A stretch of 58,221 nucleotides of DNA, from the IMG/VR virus record IMGVR_UViG_3300010413_000034, positions 1 to 58,221 of that record. One strand, 5' to 3'. The notes beneath the pieces are model-generated. The model was not told the origin of the DNA and searched no databases. It was given only the letters and a program-made list of their open reading frames with translations. The stretch is from a virus. Lineage: Duplodnaviria; Caudoviricetes. A program made the translations under genes and the position numbers. Below, one piece after another: positions 55,193-58,221 of this stretch (its first letter is position 1; every line of letters starts with the position of its first letter).

Positions 55193-57477
55193 CTTCTATC
55201 CGTTGGTGAAGTTACAGGAGGAATATAAAAAAGTGCTCCAGGTTCTGGAGGACCTACTGTATATCTACCAAAGTAATCTTTTTCATATTCTGGTATAGGT
55301 ATGCCTTGATCTAGTATTGAGTTTCCAATACTGGGTTGTACAGATTCGACATCGCCCTGAATTACAGTAAATCCTGGATCAATTATTTGACTATTATCGG
55401 CACCCATTAGATCCTGAAAACCTGTACTCGCTGTTGAAAAGTTTATGCTAGTTGCTCCATCGTCCAGACTGAACTGTGTACCAGTATCATCATCATAGAC
55501 GTTATAATCACTATCCATTCCATCGTCGGTTACCTCATGCCAGGTTAATGGATCTATGCTTAGATTATTTCTTGATGTCCAGCCATATACACCTGAGATA
55601 CCAAAGTCATAATTAACCTGACACCTAGCAGCTGTATTGTTATACATTTTATTTGCTGCATTATTTGTATTCTGCACACCAACCCTTATGCAAGCATGTG
55701 GTGACCACCACGCAACGTTTTGGCTTGCAGTATAGTTTCCAACTACTATGTTCCCTGTAATCTCATTCCCTGAAAAGTTATTACTCAAATCATTGCACAG
55801 CTGAATACCATAGTAGTAGAAGTCATAAATAAGATTATTCCTTATTTTGTTATTCTGGCACGTTCCGCTAGACGTGTTATTCCACCATTCAAAGACATTT
55901 AGCCCATTGAGTATTAGCATATTACCATTAGTAGTAACTGATGTAACATTTGCAGGTATAGTTCCAGATGTCTCGTCTACTTTTGTAATAGTCCAGCAAT
56001 CGTTTATATCTTCTGAGGTTGAAGATCCAGTAATACATATTAACTTGCCACTAGTATATATAAAGGCATCAGTCCAGGTTATCGTTGTTGGATTACCGGT
56101 AGTAGAGATGTTGGTAATGGTTGAACTTTGATTGCCACCATTAGGACACCCTATATTGTATATTTTTGTGTTCTCTACTATCCATCCATTTGGGTTCTGT
56201 GAGCCAAGCGCCATCTCGTCGCCAGTTATTTTAGTACTTTCTCTGATATAGCAATTCGTATCTAGATTGTAAATCTCACTGTTCCTAATAGTAACATTAT
56301 CCCAACTATAACCCGTATTGCTATTTGCAAAATATATTCCTGTTCCACCATCATGGATTTTAACGTTATCAATTAAGAAGTCTGAGGCAGTAACAGTTGC
56401 GGCACTATAATACCCAGATATTCCGCTAAGACAACCTTCGATATCCATATTCCTAAATGTTAAATTTGTAAATGTACCTGTCCCTGTACTACCAGCAATT
56501 ATGAGTCCAGAAACGCACATTTTTAGATCTATATTCTCAAAGGTAAAGTCATTTAATTCATAAGACCCACCTAAAGAGACAATAGAGCCGTGGCTATACT
56601 TAGTGTAGCGTTTGCCATTGGAATTCGGATTCGATCCATCTGAGGCTCTAAAATATATTTTAATGCCACTACCTTGATCACCTCTCCACCATTTGCCATT
56701 TGCTAACTGAGCGTATGTTGCAACCTCCTGCAAAAATACTCCATCTTCACCTATACCAAAATAATTAGTACCCGCATAGTCCCAATACCAATTTGAGCCA
56801 TCTGCTACAAATGTAGGCTGCGCATCTCCATAACCATAGAAAATAGGTCTGGCTCCAGGTGCCTTATCGTCAGTACGTAGAGTTGTGCCATCCCAAGAAT
56901 AAGCACCAAAAGTATGTGGTCCAGGATAATCTCTAACTTGGTTATCTAAGCGCATTCTTCCATAATCTGCTGCGGCTGAGGTTGATATCCAAGTGTCTCC
57001 ACGCTTCCAAAAGATTCTATCTCCTGGTTGTAATAAATACTTTAATGTTGTATTAAAAAAGTACCAACTAATAAATTCATAAGGTGAACTAGGGGTGCCA
57101 TCATTAGTGTCATCGCCACTATTTGAAACAAAGTAATCAACCCCACCATATGGATTTTGATAGTTAGCGTCCCCAGGACGAAGACCATCATTTGTTGCAT
57201 GAGCATTAGTATATGTATAAGAACCTCCCGTAACAGAGAAATTTATTCTTATAGCATTAGCCTCAGAAAACGTTACGGTATGTATTCCATTAGGATCTGG
57301 GCCAGTAGTTACTCCAATGTATCCTAAACTTATACTATCACCCACGGAGAAATCATGTCCAATTATAACTATTCCTGCTTCTTCAGGGCTATATGCATAT
57401 ATACTAGAAATATCAAATATTTCTGCGCTAACAACAGTACTAATGATAAATAATAATAAAAATAAAACTTTTTTCAT
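55189..57477 (-). CDS. signal-peptide-bearing right-handed beta-helix protein (pectin lyase-like)
   Basis: MKKVLFLLLFIISTVVSA|E leader, YFVSNSGDDTNDG, LQPGDRIFWKRGDTW, IRNSEI/IRNNLI/YNNT ladders, SDYNVY, DYFG...PEPGA. Confidence 0.8.
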   Translation of the reverse strand: MKKVLFLLLFIISTVVSAEIFDISSIYAYSPEEAGIVIIGHDFSVGDSISLGYIGVTTGPDPNGIHTVTFSEANAIRINFSVTGGSYTYTNAHATNDGLRPGDANYQNPYGGVDYFVSNSGDDTNDGTPSSPYEFISWYFFNTTLKYLLQPGDRIFWKRGDTWISTSAAADYGRMRLDNQVRDYPGPHTFGAYSWDGTTLRTDDKAPGARPIFYGYGDAQPTFVADGSNWYWDYAGTNYFGIGEDGVFLQEVATYAQLANGKWWRGDQGSGIKIYFRASDGSNPNSNGKRYTKYSHGSIVSLGGSYELNDFTFENIDLKMCVSGLIIAGSTGTGTFTNLTFRNMDIEGCLSGISGYYSAATVTASDFLIDNVKIHDGGTGIYFANSNTGYSWDNVTIRNSEIYNLDTNCYIRESTKITGDEMALGSQNPNGWIVENTKIYNIGCPNGGNQSSTITNISTTGNPTTITWTDAFIYTSGKLICITGSSTSEDINDCWTITKVDETSGTIPANVTSVTTNGNMLILNGLNVFEWWNNTSSGTCQNNKIRNNLIYDFYYYGIQLCNDLSNNFSGNEITGNIVVGNYTASQNVAWWSPHACIRVGVQNTNNAANKMYNNTAARCQVNYDFGISGVYGWTSRNNLSIDPLTWHEVTDDGMDSDYNVYDDDTGTQFSLDDGATSINFSTASTGFQDLMGADNSQIIDPGFTVIQGDVESVQPSIGNSILDQGIPIPEYEKDYFGRYTVGPPEPGALFYIPPVTSPTDRR

Positions 57478-57956
57478 TAGCTAACCTTTGTTATATTTAA
57501 TGTTCCATTAGTAGAAACCCTAAGTACATTAATATATAAGGCTCCTGGTGGTATTGTTAATTTTTCTATACCGGCTGGAAAATACATACTTGCGGAACTT
57601 GCTGGTGGCGTTTCTAAATTATCTGCTGAAAAATTTACATAACAATCTGTAGGAGCATATATTCGTATAGTATCTCCAGCACTTAATCCGCTAATAAGAG
57701 TATCTAGTTCTGTGTTTACATTTGTATCAGTGTAACTTATATTCCCTATTGCAGCGTCTTCTAAAGCCGCCATCTCCGTGGCATTACTACCTGGTGTTGT
57801 TGGGTTCCAGCCTAAAACTGATCCATAATAAGTGAATTCTTGCCCAGTTGTTTCATTGATTCCTTTATGTCCTATTAAAGGGCCGGAGGTTGGCGGGCCT
57901 TCAGCAGTGGTCCATGACCAGTATTTGATTTCATTTCTTGAATGAGGTGATTGCAT
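57477..57956 (-). CDS. hypothetical virion-associated protein
   Basis: Probable start ATG 57956, just after the upstream stop. INETTGQEFTYYG..W motif and a C-terminal beta domain (IRIYAPTDCYVNF...GTLNITKV). Confidence 0.65.
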   Translation of the reverse strand: MQSPHSRNEIKYWSWTTAEGPPTSGPLIGHKGINETTGQEFTYYGSVLGWNPTTPGSNATEMAALEDAAIGNISYTDTNVNTELDTLISGLSAGDTIRIYAPTDCYVNFSADNLETPPASSASMYFPAGIEKLTIPPGALYINVLRVSTNGTLNITKVS

Positions 57957-57960
57957 TATA

Positions 57961-58221
57961 TTATTCCCAATTTCGTTCTTTCCAACCAGACAAAGTATGA
58001 ACATTCTTAAAGTTAGTTGCAGTATTGCGGCTTATTTCTTGTCCATTGGCGTCATAGATCACATCGTCAGGCATTAATTGTAGTGCCTGCGCAGGAATAG
58101 GGTATACTGGAGTGCCGGCAATAGTTTCAGGTACGGTCTGCACTGGATTCCAAGGATCACTAATATCCCACTGCGCAGGAACTTTATATGTACCCCATTG
58201 AGTTCCGTCACGATTCCAAAC
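57961..58221 (-). CDS. C-terminal fragment of a gene truncated by the window edge
   Basis: The frame is open to position 58221 (VWNRDGTQWGTYKVPAQWDISDPWNPVQTVP...WKERNWE*). The 60-aa track ORF is only its tail. Confidence 0.7.
   Translation of the reverse strand, partial: VWNRDGTQWGTYKVPAQWDISDPWNPVQTVPETIAGTPVYPIPAQALQLMPDDVIYDANGQEISRNTATNFKNVHTLSGWKERNWE

Noticed and set aside
1-58221. Stop-codon reassignment, introns or inteins
   Set aside because: Standard-code ORFs tile the window almost without gaps. Pol, helicases, RNR and terL show no large insertions or intein terminal motifs.

Overview
An AT-rich (roughly 30% GC by eye) segment of a lytic T5-like siphophage genome. Gene order matches Demerecviridae, but the proteins are highly divergent. 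The + strand (1-15.7 kb) carries the T5-type replication/recombination block: ligase B subunit, D5, D6 helicase, primase, PolA, D10-D15 and dUTPase, followed by a class II (B12) ribonucleotide reductase. It converges at a bidirectional terminator with a ~42 kb late operon on the - strand: terS ... terL, nicking HNH, portal, protease-capsid, head/tail completion, tail tube, frameshifted chaperones, a 2341-aa tape measure, a 2999-aa tail-tip enzyme protein, a fibre and lysis genes. The main departures from the T5 template are: (i) a ~9.6 kb island between terS and terL that combines a PAPS-dependent sulfotransferase with Ser/Thr-repeat, lectin-like and lyase-like filament genes; (ii) a PolA with an altered motif B (KxxxFEILYK) and a shortened fingers subdomain; (iii) three glycoside-hydrolase barrels that appear nested inside a split beta-sandwich on the tail hub; (iv) a protease-MCP fusion ORF with an internal SD+GTG start; (v) a signal-peptide-bearing beta-helix protein next to terS. 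No tRNA, rRNA, CRISPR array, integrase or reverse transcriptase was seen. All family calls come from motif recognition and synteny recalled from memory, not from database searches.
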